Shown here: positions 34,984-49,133 of the stretch, piece after piece
Position numbering within the stretch: position 1 is the first letter of the stretch
Layout of the letters: each line of letters opens with the position of its first letter
Assembly: GCF_011745625.1 (NCBI RefSeq)
Contig: NW_027191457.1
Location: 124,001-188,000, forward strand
Source: Cladosporium halotolerans
Lineage: Eukaryota
DNA: 64,000 bases
Direction: 5' to 3'
Notes under the pieces: generated by a model
Told to the model about the DNA's origin: nothing
Seen by the model: the letters and a program-made list of their open reading frames with translations, nothing else
Database searches by the model: none
Program-made: the position numbers and the translations under genes

Positions 34984-37900
34984 ATGTCGTTCGGGTTTGG
35001 CAGTGGCAACACCGGCTCAACCTTCGGCGGCTTCGGTAGCAATAACAATAACAACAACACGAACACCTCGGGCGGCTCACTCTTTGGTGGGAACACTTCC
35101 ACATCAGGTGGCTTTGGAAGTGGTGGTGCAACTGGAGGTTTCGGAAGCGGCAACGCGAGTAACCCTTTCGGTCAGAACAAGACCACTTTTGGCTCACCTG
35201 CTGCCACGTCAGGAGGCGGCATGTTCGGTGGAGCGGGAACCAGCACCACGGGTGGCTTCGGCTCCGGGGGTGGCTTTGGCAGCACAAATAACACTGCGAA
35301 CACCGGGTTCGGCTCAACGAACACTTCCGGTACGTTGATTCCTGGGAAACACCCGCTTTAGAATGCAAGGACTAACTCTCGTTTAGGAGGCGGCCTCTTC
35401 GGTCAGAGCAAGCCCGCTACTGGCGGGTTCGGCAGTAGCACCGCCGCTCCAAGTGGAGGTGGCCTCTTTGGTTCCTCCAACACTGGCGGAGGGTTTGGCT
35501 CCACCAACACAGCGCAAAGCAATCCTTTTGGAGGCAGTAGCACGGCCACCAGCAACCCGTTTGGTGGTGGGGCCTCTGGCACAACCGGTGGATTTGGCGC
35601 AAGCAACACGAACAACACAGGCTCAGGCTTCGCGTTTGGCGGCAACAACAACGCCAGTGCTACTGGCAATGCCAACCAAGGCACCTCAGGGACACCCTTC
35701 CAAGCTGTCACCGAGAAGGATGGCAGCTCGAGCCAGACTAGCTCTTATCAGAGCATCACAATGCAGCAGCCTTACCAAGCCAAGAGTTTCGAAGAGCTGA
35801 GAGTGGAGGACTACATGCAGAATCGTCGCCTTCCTCAGAGCGGCAGTTTTGGCGGTGGCAGTACTTTTGGTGGCTTCGGACAGAGCAACAGCACTGCGGC
35901 ACCGGCTGCTCAGACTGGTGGTGGACTGTTCGGCGGTGGCAGCAGCACTGGTGGTTTCGGAGCCTCTAATACAAACACCGGATTCGGCGCGAACGCCAAC
36001 TCGAACACCGGATCGGGCTTTGGTGCTAGCAATACTGGTGGTGGTCTTTTTGGCGCGAAGCCTGCAACTGGTGGTGGTCTCTTCGGCAACAACGCTGCCA
36101 GTAGCGGTACATCCACTGGAGGGTTTGGCGCCACTTCTGGGAGTGGCGGCGGGCTTTTTGGAAACAACCAGCAGAGCAACACGGGCAGTGCGTTTGGCGG
36201 CGGCAGCACCGGTGCATTTGGATCCACGAACAACAATACCTCAGGAGGGGGCCTGTTTGGTCAGTCGAACCAAACTCAGAACAAGCCTGCGTTCGGCGGC
36301 TTCGGCTCGTCCACGACCAACACTGGCACTACAGGCGGATTTGGACAGACCAACAACTCTTCCCAGCCCCAGCAAGGAGGCGGCCTGTTCGGCAACAACG
36401 CGTCGAGCACTGGAGGTTTCGGCGCTAGCAACACAGGCGGATCTTTGTTTGGAGGCCAGCAAAACAAGCCTGCTAGTGGCGGATTGTTCGGCGGAAGCAC
36501 CACCGGGACATCAAACACCGGCGGCGGACTCTTTGGCGGCGCGAACAACTCGAACACCAACACTCAGAGCGGGGGCTTCGGACAGTCGACCGGCAACACC
36601 GGCGGTGGCCTCTTTGGCTCCAACAACAACAATCAGAGTGCCAACACAGGCGGCAGCCTTTTTGGCAACAACCAGAACAAGCCTGCAGGCGGTGGACTTT
36701 TCGGCTCGAGCACGACTGGTAGCAACACGGGCGGAGGATTGTTTGGCAACAACAACCAGCAGAGCTCAAATACCGGCGGCTCACTGTTCGGAAACAACCA
36801 GACTCAGCAGAACACGGGCGGATCTCTCTTCGGTGGTCAGCAGAACAAGCCGGCGGGCGGCAGCCTCTTTGGTAACAGCACTGGTGGTGGTGGCTCGCTG
36901 TTCGGCAATACCCAGAACCAGAGCTCGGGTGGCCTCTTCGGTGGAGGGAACAACACCAACCAGACCGGCGGATCTAGTCTTTTCGGGAACAACAACCAGA
37001 ACCAGAACCAAGGCGCAGGCTCTAGCCTATTCGGGGGCAGCCAGCAGCAGCAACCTCAGCAGAACCAGTTGACGGCGACACTGACGGGCGATCCTTACGG
37101 CAATGCTCAGCTCTTCTCGTCTCTTGCAGCTCCCAGTCCACCAGTCGGTCCTCTCGCGACCCCCCTCAGCGGAGCAAAGGCTCCGCCCAAGCCTAGGACC
37201 TCGTTGCTTTCGTCTGTCCGCGGAAGCACTCCCATGCTTGGAGCGAGCCAATCGATGACGCCGCGGACAAGGCCTGGCTATGGTTTCTCTTACAGCGCTT
37301 ACAACAGCCCAAGCTCTGCGTCTCAGTCTCTTACGCCCGGTGCGGCAGGTCTTCTCCGTCCCACTGGCTCCTTTGGCTCTTCACTCTCCGGCAAACTTTC
37401 CAAGAGCTTTTCTTCATCCAACTTGCGTGGCGATGCTCCTCCTGAGGGTCAGTCTCTGTTGCGAACCCCGGCGGCAGGCCAATCATCGCTTCTCCTTGGC
37501 AACGGCAATGGCTCGTTCGGATCGGGTAGTGCCAGGAAACTCAAGATCGATCGCAATCTCAGGACTGATCTGTTCGGTGACAACACTCCCAAGCAGAAGC
37601 AAGTCGAAGGTGCCAAGGACCAGGATTCCATGCGGAAGCGTGTAAGCTTCGACCAGACCGCCGAAGAAACCCCAGCCAAGCCGACGGCGGCTAATTCTCT
37701 GGTCGTTCGCGAAGAAGAGGAGAACAACACGCCGACTGGTACCCCCGAGGCTCCACGCGTTAACGGCAGCGCCCTCGACTCGGTTCCCGAGGAGTCCAAC
37801 ACTCCTAAGGCTACAGCATCGCCGAAGTCCAGGAAGCCGTTGGATCCTGGTGATTACTTCACTTCGCCCTCGCTCAAGGTGCTCAAGGGCATGTCTCGCC

Positions 37901-40900
37901 AGCAGTTGCAGAACATTGGTCACTTCACTGTAGGCAGGGAGAACGTCGGTCGTGTTGAATTTGGTCGCAACGGCCATGTCGATCTTAGCACAGTGCCCCT
38001 TGACAGCATCTGTGGCGACATTGTCCGCCTGAAGCCCAGGAACGCGACAGTGTACGAGGATGACGACAGCAAGCCACCAATGGGCGAAGGACTCAACGTT
38101 CCGTCCACGATTTTCCTTGAGCAAAGCTGGCCTAGGTCTTCCAGAGCTAGTGGCGTCACTACCCAGAGCAAGCTTTCTGCCGCAAAGGAACTTGAGGTCC
38201 ACAAGCGCCGTCTCGCCAGAGTCTATGGAACGACCTTCAAGGACTATGACCCTGAGACCGGAGTCTGGAGCTTCACTGTGGAGCACTTCACGACGTATGG
38301 CCTGGATGACAGTGATGATGAGGCCGAGCTTGAAGACGGCACTGACATGCTCGACCTCCAACCCAAGATCCCGAGTTCTATGCGCAATGGTACAGCTACT
38401 CACCGCTCTGAGGAATCCTCTGACAGCGAGATTGAAAGCCCTGACCTCGGCGAGCCGGAGGACACCTTCGAATTCAAGCTCTCCAGGCGCTCTCAGCAGG
38501 AGGACTTGAATGTTCCTGGCGGTTTTGAGGATGTCCAGCAGAACAACAACGCCAAGTCTTTTTTAGGCGTTGGTGATGTGCCCGTCAGCGAGATGCCTCG
38601 AGATGAGCACATCATGTCCGGTGGTCTTGGTGAATCATACATGGATGGCCCTTTCATTGAGGCGGGCGATGCAATCCAGGAGGCTGCTCCTGGTTCGGTT
38701 GAGAAGTACCACAGTAGCATCCTGGGCGATGACGAGTCGGATCAAGAAGTTCCTGGATCCTACCGTGCCGAGCCAATGCCGCCTCGCAGCATCCTGAAAC
38801 CGACCGCTCACTTGCAAAGCTTCGCTTCCCCAGAGAAGGTTGCTGAGCTACCGTGGGAGGAGCAGCTTCAGCGCACAATCTCACCGAAGAAGCGTGACCG
38901 CCAGGCGCTCAGGGACTTGCAAGGCCCTCTTGCGCGCGCTCAACCTGACTATGAATCAACTGAATCGCCCTTGAAGAAGTCCCTCTTCAGCGCTAGTCAG
39001 CTTGGCCAGAGCCACCTCGCTACTAAGAGCGCGAAGAAGAACGCAACAGGCTTCGGCGCCAGTACAACGGGAGCTCAATCCCACTTGGGCAAGTCCCAGG
39101 CCTTCACGACTGGTATGGATCTCATCAACTCTCTCTGGGGCCAGGCCCCGAAGGAGCCCAAAGCGAAGGAGTTTGCAGAGGTATGATCATTCCCTTGCGA
39201 CTGGTCTTTTGCACGTTCCCTGCATACGTAATTCTTGGACATACGGCATCACCGGCCGTGGCGGAGGATCTCGGCATTCACATTTTGGGCGTTCCACTTC
39301 ACTGATTCCCATGCCCTTGTCACCCACCTTCCCCATCTTCCCAGCCCCTTTCCAACTTCTTGTGCGCGATTTGCGCCATACATAGGTCAGATAGCTGAAA
39401 CGATTAACAGATGCCATACCAAGCCAACCGTCGCCGTGTTTCCGCCTCCAACATGACCGAAGACGACGCCAAATTTCACGACAGCTTTAAGCCTTCTTTC
39501 GACGGTCAGAACACCCTGGTTTACGCAGTGCCTGGCTCTGCAGTCGAACTTTCGGGCGACATGAAGCAAGCGATCAAGCCGCTCGTTAGTGAGGGTCGGG
39601 ATGTTCGCTTCGCCAAATTCACAGCCCCAGAGGATGTCGACTCGCAGACTCTGGAGCTGCAGAAGAACCACACGGAGCTTTTGAAGAGCGACGACGATCA
39701 ACACGAAGTCCCTCGAGCTATCACTCCTTCTGAGGTCAGTTTCGCGACTCTGGCTCGGATCGAAACTGGACATTCTACCCTTGGGAGCCAGGAGAAGGCC
39801 ATCTGGGCACTGTCCTCGATTCTGTTTGATCCGCTCGACGTCTGCGCCGGTGACTTGCTCCAGGGCATGTCGCAGGAGCAGATCGACGAGTACGAGCCGA
39901 GACTGCGTCTGGATCGCCTTCAAATTTTCTGGTCGGAGTACATCTCCGCCACGGTTGACGCGCAGTTGAAGAACACAAAGTCTGCCGAAGAAAAGGCACT
40001 GCTTCTCCTGACGAAGGGCGACGTCGCGGCCGCTTGCCAGCTGCTGATGGATGCCAGCGATGCGAAGTTGGCGACTCTCGTCGCGCAGCTTCCAGGCAGT
40101 GAAACGACTCGGGAGGTCATGAAGGAACAAATTCAAATGTGGCAGCAGCGAAAGGACTGGAGCGAGTTCTCGGATGCGCACAAGGCGCTGTACTCTATCT
40201 TGGCCGGCGAGCTCTGCACTATTCCTGGCCTTACCGGTGCCGCTGAGGATCGTACTGCGCAATTCTGCCTGAGCGAGCGCTTCGGACTCGATTGGCAGCA
40301 GTCTTTGGCTTTGCGCCTGCAATACGGTGGCCACGAGAACATCATCAACGCTGTCAGCTCGTATGTCTTGAGCCTGAAGGAGGGCAAAGAGCTTGTCAAG
40401 CCTCTCCCTGCAAGCGGCTTTGACGACGCCGAGAACACACTTCTTGGCCTCCTCCGCCTGCACGCTCTCAAGGAAGCGCAAGTCGAGCAGCTGTTCGACT
40501 CCGCCACCGTCTCCGGCTCGCCGCTGAACAGCAGACTCGCCTGGCAGCTCGCGACAATCCTCGAAGCCAAAGACCTCTGCGACCTCTCGGACGACAAGCT
40601 GAACGCCTTGACACTCGACTTCGCCTCCCAGCTCGAATCCGCCGGCTCCTGGACCAAAGCCGCCTGGGTCCTGCTACACCTCAGCGAAACCCCCGCGCGC
40701 ACCATCGCCATCCAATCCCTCCTCGAGCGCAGCGCCGCCCAGCTCCCGTCCCCCGACCTCGACCACGACAACACCCTCATGGACGACGACTCCTCCAGCT
40801 GGAGCCTGGCGAGCATCCAGATCCCCACCTCCCTCATCTGGGAAGCCAAGGCCGTCTACGCGCACGCCGTGCTGCGCGAGCCCGCGCTGCAGGCCCAGTG

Positions 40901-41372
40901 GCTGCTGTACACGGGCACGGACGAGGCGTTCGCCGAGGCGCACGACGTCCTCTGCGGCTCCGTCGGCCCGCGCGCCGTCATCGAGAAGGACTACGGCGAC
41001 CTGCGCGAGCTGCTGGCGTGCTTCGATCGGTTCGGCGCGCGCGACTTCGCCGGCTGGAAGCACGGGGGAAAAGTGTACGCGGATTTCCTGCGGCTTGTCG
41101 AGATGGGCGGGGCGAAGAGGCAGGGGAGGGACGGGCGGAACACGTGCTGGGTTTTGAGGAAGGGGCTCGAAGGCGTTGAGGAGGGGAGCAGGGCGCTGGA
41201 GGTGAGGGTTGCGATTGGGGAGATGTGGAAGGTGCTGGGGGAGGTTGAGAGGGAGGTTGGGATGGGGTCGAAGTGGGAGTTTGAGGATATGGAGGTTGAT
41301 GCTGGTGGGCAGGGCAGCGGGGCGTTGGGACTGCTGGAGGGGTACAGGAGCGCGCTTGGCGTGGTGGTGTAA
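34984..41372 (+). CDS. NUP98: Nup98-Nup96 nucleoporin precursor (Nup145/Nup189/SonB type); exons 34984-35329, 35387-39180, 39411-41372
   Basis: GLFG/SLFG/GFG repeats, GLEBS motif ([23 protein letters not shown]), an autoprotease domain ending [11 protein letters not shown], then the helical Nup96 domain. A probable 5' UTR intron lies at 34678-34854. Confidence 0.95.
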
Positions 41373-41630
41373 GATCGGTTGACGGTTCTTTTCTTGAGGG
41401 CGCTGGGGGAGTTTGTGTGCTTGCTTGTATTGTACCATCAGATGAAACCTGGCATGCGGGCATTGAATTGCAGTGCTTGGCTAAGATGCATGTCGTAAAT
41501 GAATGTTTTTGATTCAAAGTTCCTCGTCACCTCCCTGCCATGCTTCCTGCAACAAGTACGTTTACGTCGTCGACTTCCAACATTCGCGTCCTTGAGTATT
41601 CCCCATTCCCATCCCCTGTAATTGATGATC

Positions 41631-42791
41631 TCAATCGATCTCAACCACCAGCTTCCGCGGACTGATCGACTTGACCCCTTCAGCCTGCGGCGCCAGCATA
41701 TGTAGTCTGCCGAACATGGTATCGACAGCACCCTGCAGCGCCTCGAGACCCTTGCCCGCGATCTCCGGCCGAGGCAGGAGCTTCCAGCTGCCGTCGGCGA
41801 GCGCGGAGGGAAACCACTTGCCCCAGATATAAGCGCCCTCGTCGGTGTCCGCCATGGCTGGCGCCCAGTCTTTGTACAGAAGTCAGTAATGTGAGATACG
41901 AGACTGAGAAGGCGACTCACTCGATGCGATCCTAACGCCCTCCGCCACGTCCGCGGGCACCGGCATGCTCTGCGGCACGACAGTAGCGACGACCTTACTG
42001 CCCTCGAGCCGGCTCGCGATCCGCGAGCACGCGACGGTGCTGCCGTCATTGTAGTACGCCGCGAACACGCCCGCGCACTCCCGCCCCTCGCACGCGGCGA
42101 CGACGTCGTCGACGACGCTCGCGTCTCTGTAGTCGAAGACCGCTTCGGCGCCGAGGCTGCGACAGTGCGCGAAATTGAGCTCGCTGGCCGTCGCGACGAC
42201 GCTGTAGCCCGCCCGGCGCGCGAGCTGGATGGCGCAGCTGCCGACGACGGACGAGCCGCCCCAGACGACGAGGACGCGGCCGTTTGGGGCGGCTGCGCCG
42301 CCGCCGCCGACGAGGACGGGAGGGAGAGTCAGGGCCAGCGTGTGCGGCAGGAAGAGCGCGTAGGCCGCGACAGAGAGGCAGGAGGGGAACACGGCGGCGT
42401 CGGCGAAGGCGGCGTCGTCCGGGATCTTCGCGGCCAGGCCGGCGGAGACGGCGCAGAAGAGCTGGAAGGCGCCGCGCGGGCTGTGGCTGCTGGCGGACTC
42501 GGGCGTCGGGATGTCGACGGCGTGCGCGCAGACGCGGTCGCCGACTTTGAAGCTCGTCACGCTGGAGCCGACGGCGTGGACTTCGCCTGCGACGTCGAGG
42601 CCGAGGATGAGGGGGTGCTGGGCTGGAGTGTAGATGAGGCCGAGGCGCTGGACGGCGGCGTCGGCGGGGTTGATGCCGATGGCGCGGGTTTTGATGATGA
42701 TTTGGTCGGGTCTTGGGGTGGGCATGGGAGCTGGTTCGAGGGTTAGGGGATGCCCTTTGAGGGTCTCTTGCCAGGCTGCGCGGTTGGCCAT
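41631..42791 (-). CDS. MDR-family (ADH/enoyl-reductase-like, CipB-like) oxidoreductase; exons 42791-41921 and 41869-41631
   Basis: MANRAAW, AIGINPAD, PLILGLDVAGEV, FKVGDRV, VLVVWGGSSVVGSCAIQLA and LGAEAVFDY. Intron GTGAGT...CTGAC...AAG joins the C-terminal ORF. Confidence 0.88.
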
Positions 42792-44641
42792 TGTGGGTTT
42801 GGGCTGCGTGGGGGTCGCGGTGGGCTGGGGGAGAGGGTTGTTGGGCGATTGCGATGGCTTTCACATGGCTGGGCCAGCGCGTCTTGTTCTTTTTATTGTT
42901 GCTACTATGGTCGTCGATAACGCGGACTTAGGCACGCCTCTCTGCGTCGGTGTTCGTAGCAAGAAAGACCAGACTAACGACAGCCCACGTGCCTGATTAC
43001 GAGAGCAGGAAAGAGCTGGCATTGCAATGCTGCCCTGAGTGACGTCGGCCAAAATCCTTCGTTCGAAGATAATGCGCAGGTCCAGTGGCATACGAATGGA
43101 AGCTAGGAGGACGCACTGCTGAACGGGGTACGGAGTCATTTCAAGGCTCCGAGGGTCCGCTCGTGAGGAGCGCGTTTGCGCTGGAAGGATCTAGGAGTGC
43201 GCCAAACTTCCCACGGCCATCTCGATAGGCTCGCCCGGACACGTCGTGTTTGCACGGACGGCGAGTCTGGAACACGGAAGGAGCTCGTGGTCAGTCGTGG
43301 CCCTTTCCTACTGATAATACGAGGAGATGAGATGAAGTCGAGCAGTCCTAAAGTCCGGTTCTTATCGCCGACGGCTGAGTGCTACCAAAGTCACTCCTAC
43401 GGTGTTGATCTCCTGGACACACGGTAGGATCCATGTAGGAATTTCACCCAACGATCACTTGGCCAAACGAAACTCCCGAACCGCTTTTTTCACACGGCCG
43501 TCGCAAAAGAAAAGCCACTCCGCCTTTACGGGCCAGTCTCGAGCCCTTGTGCTTGGCGAGACGTTGGTAACCGTTGAAGCCAGCTACCAAGCATGTGTCA
43601 AGTCTCAATGAAGTAGTAATTCGGGTCACAAAAGATGTAGCAATATGTTGCGATGTCCGGAGACACCCGAGAGAGCACAGCCCTCGAGAACACTTCCCTG
43701 ACCCCGCCTCTTCTAACAAAGACAGGGTAACAAGTACTGGGGTAGGCGATTAGATACTACGAATGCCTCACCTCGAAATCTGGATTGCCTTACGGTGAGG
43801 TTGCGAGACCAAGCAGCTGGCTTGCCGCAAAGGAGCCCCCGCCCCTACGGGTAGGTCAAACGCAAGCCGTCGCGGACGGGCGAGAACGGGACAAGGTGCC
43901 GACCACGCGTGATAAAGCCAACTCGTTAGCTGCAACAAATCACGTGCACGTCAACCGAAGTTGGTCGTTTAGGTCTGAAGCAGGAACGGGGAAGCGGAGC
44001 GAAGAAAGAAAGCAGCCGTCGCCGCAGTTCTTCCAAGTTATTCGTGACATTTCGTTTCTCTAAATTCGCTATATTTCGAAAAAATTGCGCGTCGAGAGCC
44101 TTTTTTGTTGTTTGTTGTTGTTGGCGTCTTCGACGATGTTGATGTTGTGATCGATGATCCAGACAGACACCCTTCGCGTGATGCGGCCGGCGTGCTTGCT
44201 GGTCTGAGGACCGTGGAATAAATCCAAAATGCTCCTTCTTTCCCAGCAGATGCTCCCTCCAGCTTGATGATCCCCCCTCAAAAAAAGAAAAAACTTTTTT
44301 CCGCAATGCGTCTATGTGAAAAACAGGCTGTAGAATGCGTTGAAGATAAAACTTTTTGTGCCCTCCCGAGTCCAGTCTCAGCCGAGACGGCGGTCGACCG
44401 GACGATTTGTATTTTGATTTCTATTTTTCTCGTGGAAAATCCCGAAATCTCGGATCCAAAGTACAATAGAAGAGGAGATTGCGATGCCAGTCCAGTTTGG
44501 TCCTTGAGATGGTGATGATGGTGGTGGTGGGTATAAAATGCGTTGCTCGTTCGTGTGTCCCGTCCCAATGCCTGCAAAAAAGCAATGATTGCAAAAAAAA
44601 CGCCTTTCCAATAATTTAACGGAGAACATGACGGGCCGGTT

Positions 44642-45793
44642 TTAATCCCTGCTTCGCTTTCTGGAAGAAGAGCGGATGGCGTCGTGGTTGAAGAGCTGCC
44701 TGAGGCTTCCCATGGCGGCGCCGGCGGGGCACTGGGTGCTGTCGCGGCGGGCGTCGCGGTCCAGGCTCGGGCGCTTGGCGTCGTTGTTGGTGGTGTTGTT
44801 GCCCTCGGCGATGCGGAGGGTGGTCAGCGTGCTGGCTTGGCTTTTGAGGCTGGCGTCCTGGTGGCTGGGGAGGGTTGGGCTGGGCGGCGCGGTGATGGGA
44901 ATGACGAGGTCGATGCTCTTGTTTGCTGTCGAGCGGGTGGAGGCGTGGTGGTGGAAGTGGGAGGCGGTCGTGCCGTAGGAGCTTGAGGGGGAGTGGATCA
45001 GGGATGGCACGTCGGTTGCTGTTGAGGTGCGCTTTGTCGAGGGTCGGCGAGGAGCGTGGGTGGTGGAGGTAGGGTAGCCTGGGAGGTCGAGGACGTGCGG
45101 ATCGAGGCTGCCGGGTTGAAATTGCTCGTCGTAGTCGTGCTCGTCGTAACTGTCGTCGTTTTCGTGGGTGGATGATGTCATTGACGAGATGGAAGAGACA
45201 CGACCAAGGTTGAGTTCGGAGAACGTTGTTGACAGAGGTCGAAGGACGGTGGGCGAGAGTTGAGGGAGAATGTCAACAGGAGGGTGGTCGGTACAGGCGT
45301 GGGTCCTCGGGCTTATGGGTGGTGAGTGGGCTGGCTGAGGTGTGGATGTGATCGAATCCCGCTTGCGACAGCTGTAAATAGTTAGCACCCATTGACATTA
45401 TTCATGACACGTGAGTGTATCGACATACGATTCCGAGCAGTAGAGCATGCTGAAGTCTGGTGTGACTATTTGCCTTTCGCATGTGGCGCTGCCAATAGAT
45501 CAGCACAGGGTCTTGGAGAAGTTGGATGAGCCAGCCCAATGATCGGCAGGAACATACCAGAACTGCAAAAAGCTAGCGGCCATGTCTTCGCTGTCTTCGC
45601 TGCTCTGCTTGGTAACGTCGACGCCGGACTTGTGCCTTCTCAGGGCGGTGGAAGGGTGAGAGAGAGCGGCGTGGTTGTAGCTCGGGCTACGTTTGGACGA
45701 TGAAAGAGCAGGTCTGGACGGGCGAGCATGGGCGGCGTTCGGCTTAAGGCCATTGGATTGAGAGCGCCTGTGGTGGTGAGGACGGGCGTTCAT
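44642..45793 (-). CDS. Ecl1/2/3-family lifespan-regulator zinc-binding protein; exons 45793-45558, 45488-45429, 45371-44642
   Basis: The spliced product reads MAASFLQFCATCERQIVTPDFSMLYCSESCRKRD (C-x2-C...LYCS-x2-C-x3-D motif). Two GTATGT...CAG introns. Confidence 0.85.
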
Positions 45794-48700
45794 GGTGATA
45801 AAGAATAGCAGAGCGCAATGCTCGTGCTGCACGCAATGTGGAGTGAGGCGTGAGTCGAGAGTGAGACTGGTCCCAACAGGAGGCCCAAACTCTCGGTTAT
45901 CCGCGCGATTTAGATAGCAGAGGTAAACGTTGCGGTCAATCAGCGGCGGTGACTGAGGGATAAACGCGAGCGGTAGCGTCGCGATTTATGGTGTGATCGC
46001 TGGCGAGGGGAACGCGATATTCTGCTACAGAATTGCATCAGCATCGCCGGTGCCACGGTTGGCGAAGCACGACATATACATACCGATGCAGCGATGCAAC
46101 AGCACTGAATCAAGCAGGGCCGGGCGCCTATCCTCGGTTGATTGAGATGGGCGATAACGAGCGATAAGATAGGCGTGGGTGTGGCTGCGGGCGTGGCGCG
46201 ATGGAAGCCGGCGGAGGAGCGAGCGGTGATAGGTTGGTGGGAGGTACCAAGGCAGGGCAGGTCCAGCAACGACAGACAGTGGGAGCGATAAAGCAATGGG
46301 CGAGTCAAACAAAAGACGCAGGCCGGCGAGTGCGGCAATAATATCCTTCACGACAATATTGACTCACGGGCGGAGTGATTTTCCCACGCGTCCCTTCCAC
46401 CTTACCTCACCAGCCGCGGAGTACCTCGATGGCCCGTCAAGCGAAGGCGTGCGAGCACCGCCGTTGCGCGCGAGCCAGAAATGCGGGTCCAGCATACCAC
46501 TCCGCGCACGCACGCACGCACGCCCGCCTGCACGCCGCCTGCCCACGGCTGCTGGCCTGCTGGCCTGCTGGCCTGCTGCCCGCTCGCCGGCCAATGCCCA
46601 GCAGGCCTCTGAGACACGCCCAACCGGCCAATGCAGCACGTCTGCGCCAGTGCGCCGCGTGCTGGGCCTGCACGTCGACAGCACACGGTGCACACCCGCG
46701 CGGGCGCTCGTGACGGCCCACAGAGACCGCGAGCGCTGCGAATGATGATGCCGGCTCGTCGCACTGGCACCGTCACCGCCCGGGGGGTCAGTTTCTAGAC
46801 CGCGGACGGCGCCAGGCAGGCTGAGGCAGCACGGCGACTGGCGAGGCAGCACACACGTGCAGCCGCCTCGCGCACCAAAGACCGATCCTCCCACCGCCAG
46901 GCGAGCTTGTCCCGCGGTGCTGCCAGCCTGGAACTGCCCAATCGGGACGGCCACACGCCTGCAGGGTGGGGCGTGGGCAAGGCCGCGCGCTGTGGAGGGC
47001 GTCCGTTGCAGCAGATCGAGAACGACGCGTCCTCCCGCTCTGCACAGATGTCCTCCCCTCCAACCGTCGCGCATAGGAGGAGATTTTTGCGCCCTCTACG
47101 CAATCCTCGCTGCTCGGAGTGCCGGTGCACCACCTCCCCTCCTGATGAACACAATTCCACTCCTGTCCGTGTGCCTGTGTGCGTGCCCGAGCGCTCTTTG
47201 TTCTGGCCTCGCCCTGCATCGCGATCGGAGATCATGCGAGGAACAAGTCAGAAACCGCGCCAGCCCTACGCGCCACGCCGCTGACGACTGCTCGATCATG
47301 CCATTCCCAAAAATGCCACCAGCCTTTTTCCCGTCCTCGGTCTTCGGCCGCCGGAAGGCAAGGGAGCCGTACACGAATGCTGCACCGCGCAGGTACTCAC
47401 ACACGCAACCCTGATGGCCGCGTCTCACAGCCTTCGCGACCGTGTCGCTTACATTTCTGTTACGAATGCGTCTGGACCATCCGTCCATCACAGTCAATCC
47501 ACAACTCGCACCGCCGGACATTGTTCCGGCTGCTGTTCGCATTCCGTCTCCTTCCCCTCTCCCGTTCTTCTTTTGACCCTAGCTTGCCGCTCAGGAACTG
47601 ACTCCGCCGGCACATCTGGCGATCAACCCTATGTACGAGCAGTGCCTCCCGTGTCTCTGCCTTTGACCCTGCAAAACTCTCTCCTACAAAAAAATAGAGC
47701 CGCTTGCAAACCCAATGCATCCGCGGCGCATCATCTTCATCATCCCTCCACTCTCGCTCTCTCGCTGCCCAGCGCAACCCGAATTCTAGACCGTCTCGTT
47801 CCCCCCCAGTCTCCACACGAGCTACTTCGCGTTCGTTTCCAACTCGCACCGCGGGCCGTCGGCAATAGCACGATCTCTGACGCCGTCTGCCGGCAATGAC
47901 GGCATTGGCGCAGTAGCAGCAAGGCAATAATGCTTCTTGCTGTCCCCGTCTATGCACTCTTCACCGCATGAGCGTGTTTCAGCCCGACAGGCGCTGACCG
48001 GGGAGAGCATTGGAATGCCGAGCTCGCGCCGAGCAATAATCCGGCCCTGCGTGTGCGGAGCTTTTTCGTGAAACGTGCTACACACGTACAGTACCTGTAG
48101 GTACCTGACCTACCTGCTTGACCGTCCAGACTTTCCTGTTCAGCGCCCGCGCATACCCGAGCGTCGCACCGCGGGAGCCGAGGAGCCATAGAGAGCCGTC
48201 AGCGTTACGAGCCCGGTGGTGGAGGGGAGTGTACGTGTGACGACTGACGAGCCGCTGTGGTACGTATTTAGTTACCTACAGTGCAGTACCTACTCTGCCG
48301 CGTCGAAATGTGGATGCCCTGAGCGTGTGAAAGTTTGACATTCCGTTGTACAAGTTATTCAACTACTTGGCAACAAATACACTGCCGCACGTACTCAACG
48401 CAACCCGCCCTAAGCTAACAAAACCATTCCAATCCAAGTTTCGTCCCTGAAGCCTCAAATCGATGTCACTGCTGCTGCACCGCCTCCTCCTCGCCCATGC
48501 TTGATCCCTGCTTCAAGGCCCGGCGCGCGTTTCGTACTACTGTACTTTTCTGCCCACCATACAGAATTCTCTCCCTCTGCTACCCTCTGTGGCTGTCCCC
48601 ACAGCCCTTCAGTCAGCCTTACGCGTTCGTTCCATTGACGTTCGAGACCTTCCGACGCTGGGCGGTGCGGCAGTCGTCCTTGGAATGGCTATGTTGTCAT

Positions 48701-49133
48701 CCTCGTGTTTGAGCGGGCCGTCCGCGGACCAATCGCACGAGTCGTCCATTGGTGTTCATCGTTGCCTGGGGCCTGGCCTTTGTTGTTGCCGGGTGATGAT
48801 GACTGCATGCATGCGGACGGCATTGCCGTGCTCCATCATCATCGCGGGTTCATGCTGGGTGCGCTGCGGTGCCGTTACACACGCGCACGCCGAGAGCTGC
48901 GCTGTCGCGTGACAGCGTGCGGCGAGAAGCAGCGGCAAGAGCTCGCGCGAGCACCTTTTTCCTTCTTCGTCGAGGTCGTTTCCGCGAGATCGCTTCCGCG
49001 GCCTTCAAGCCAGCCATCTCTCTCTCTCCTCTGCCATCAAAGCCTCTCATCAGATCCCAGGAAACAGAGCAGAGGGCGCCGCACCCACTCCCTTTCCTCA
49101 CTCCCTCAAGTCTTCCCTCAGTGCCGCATTCCC

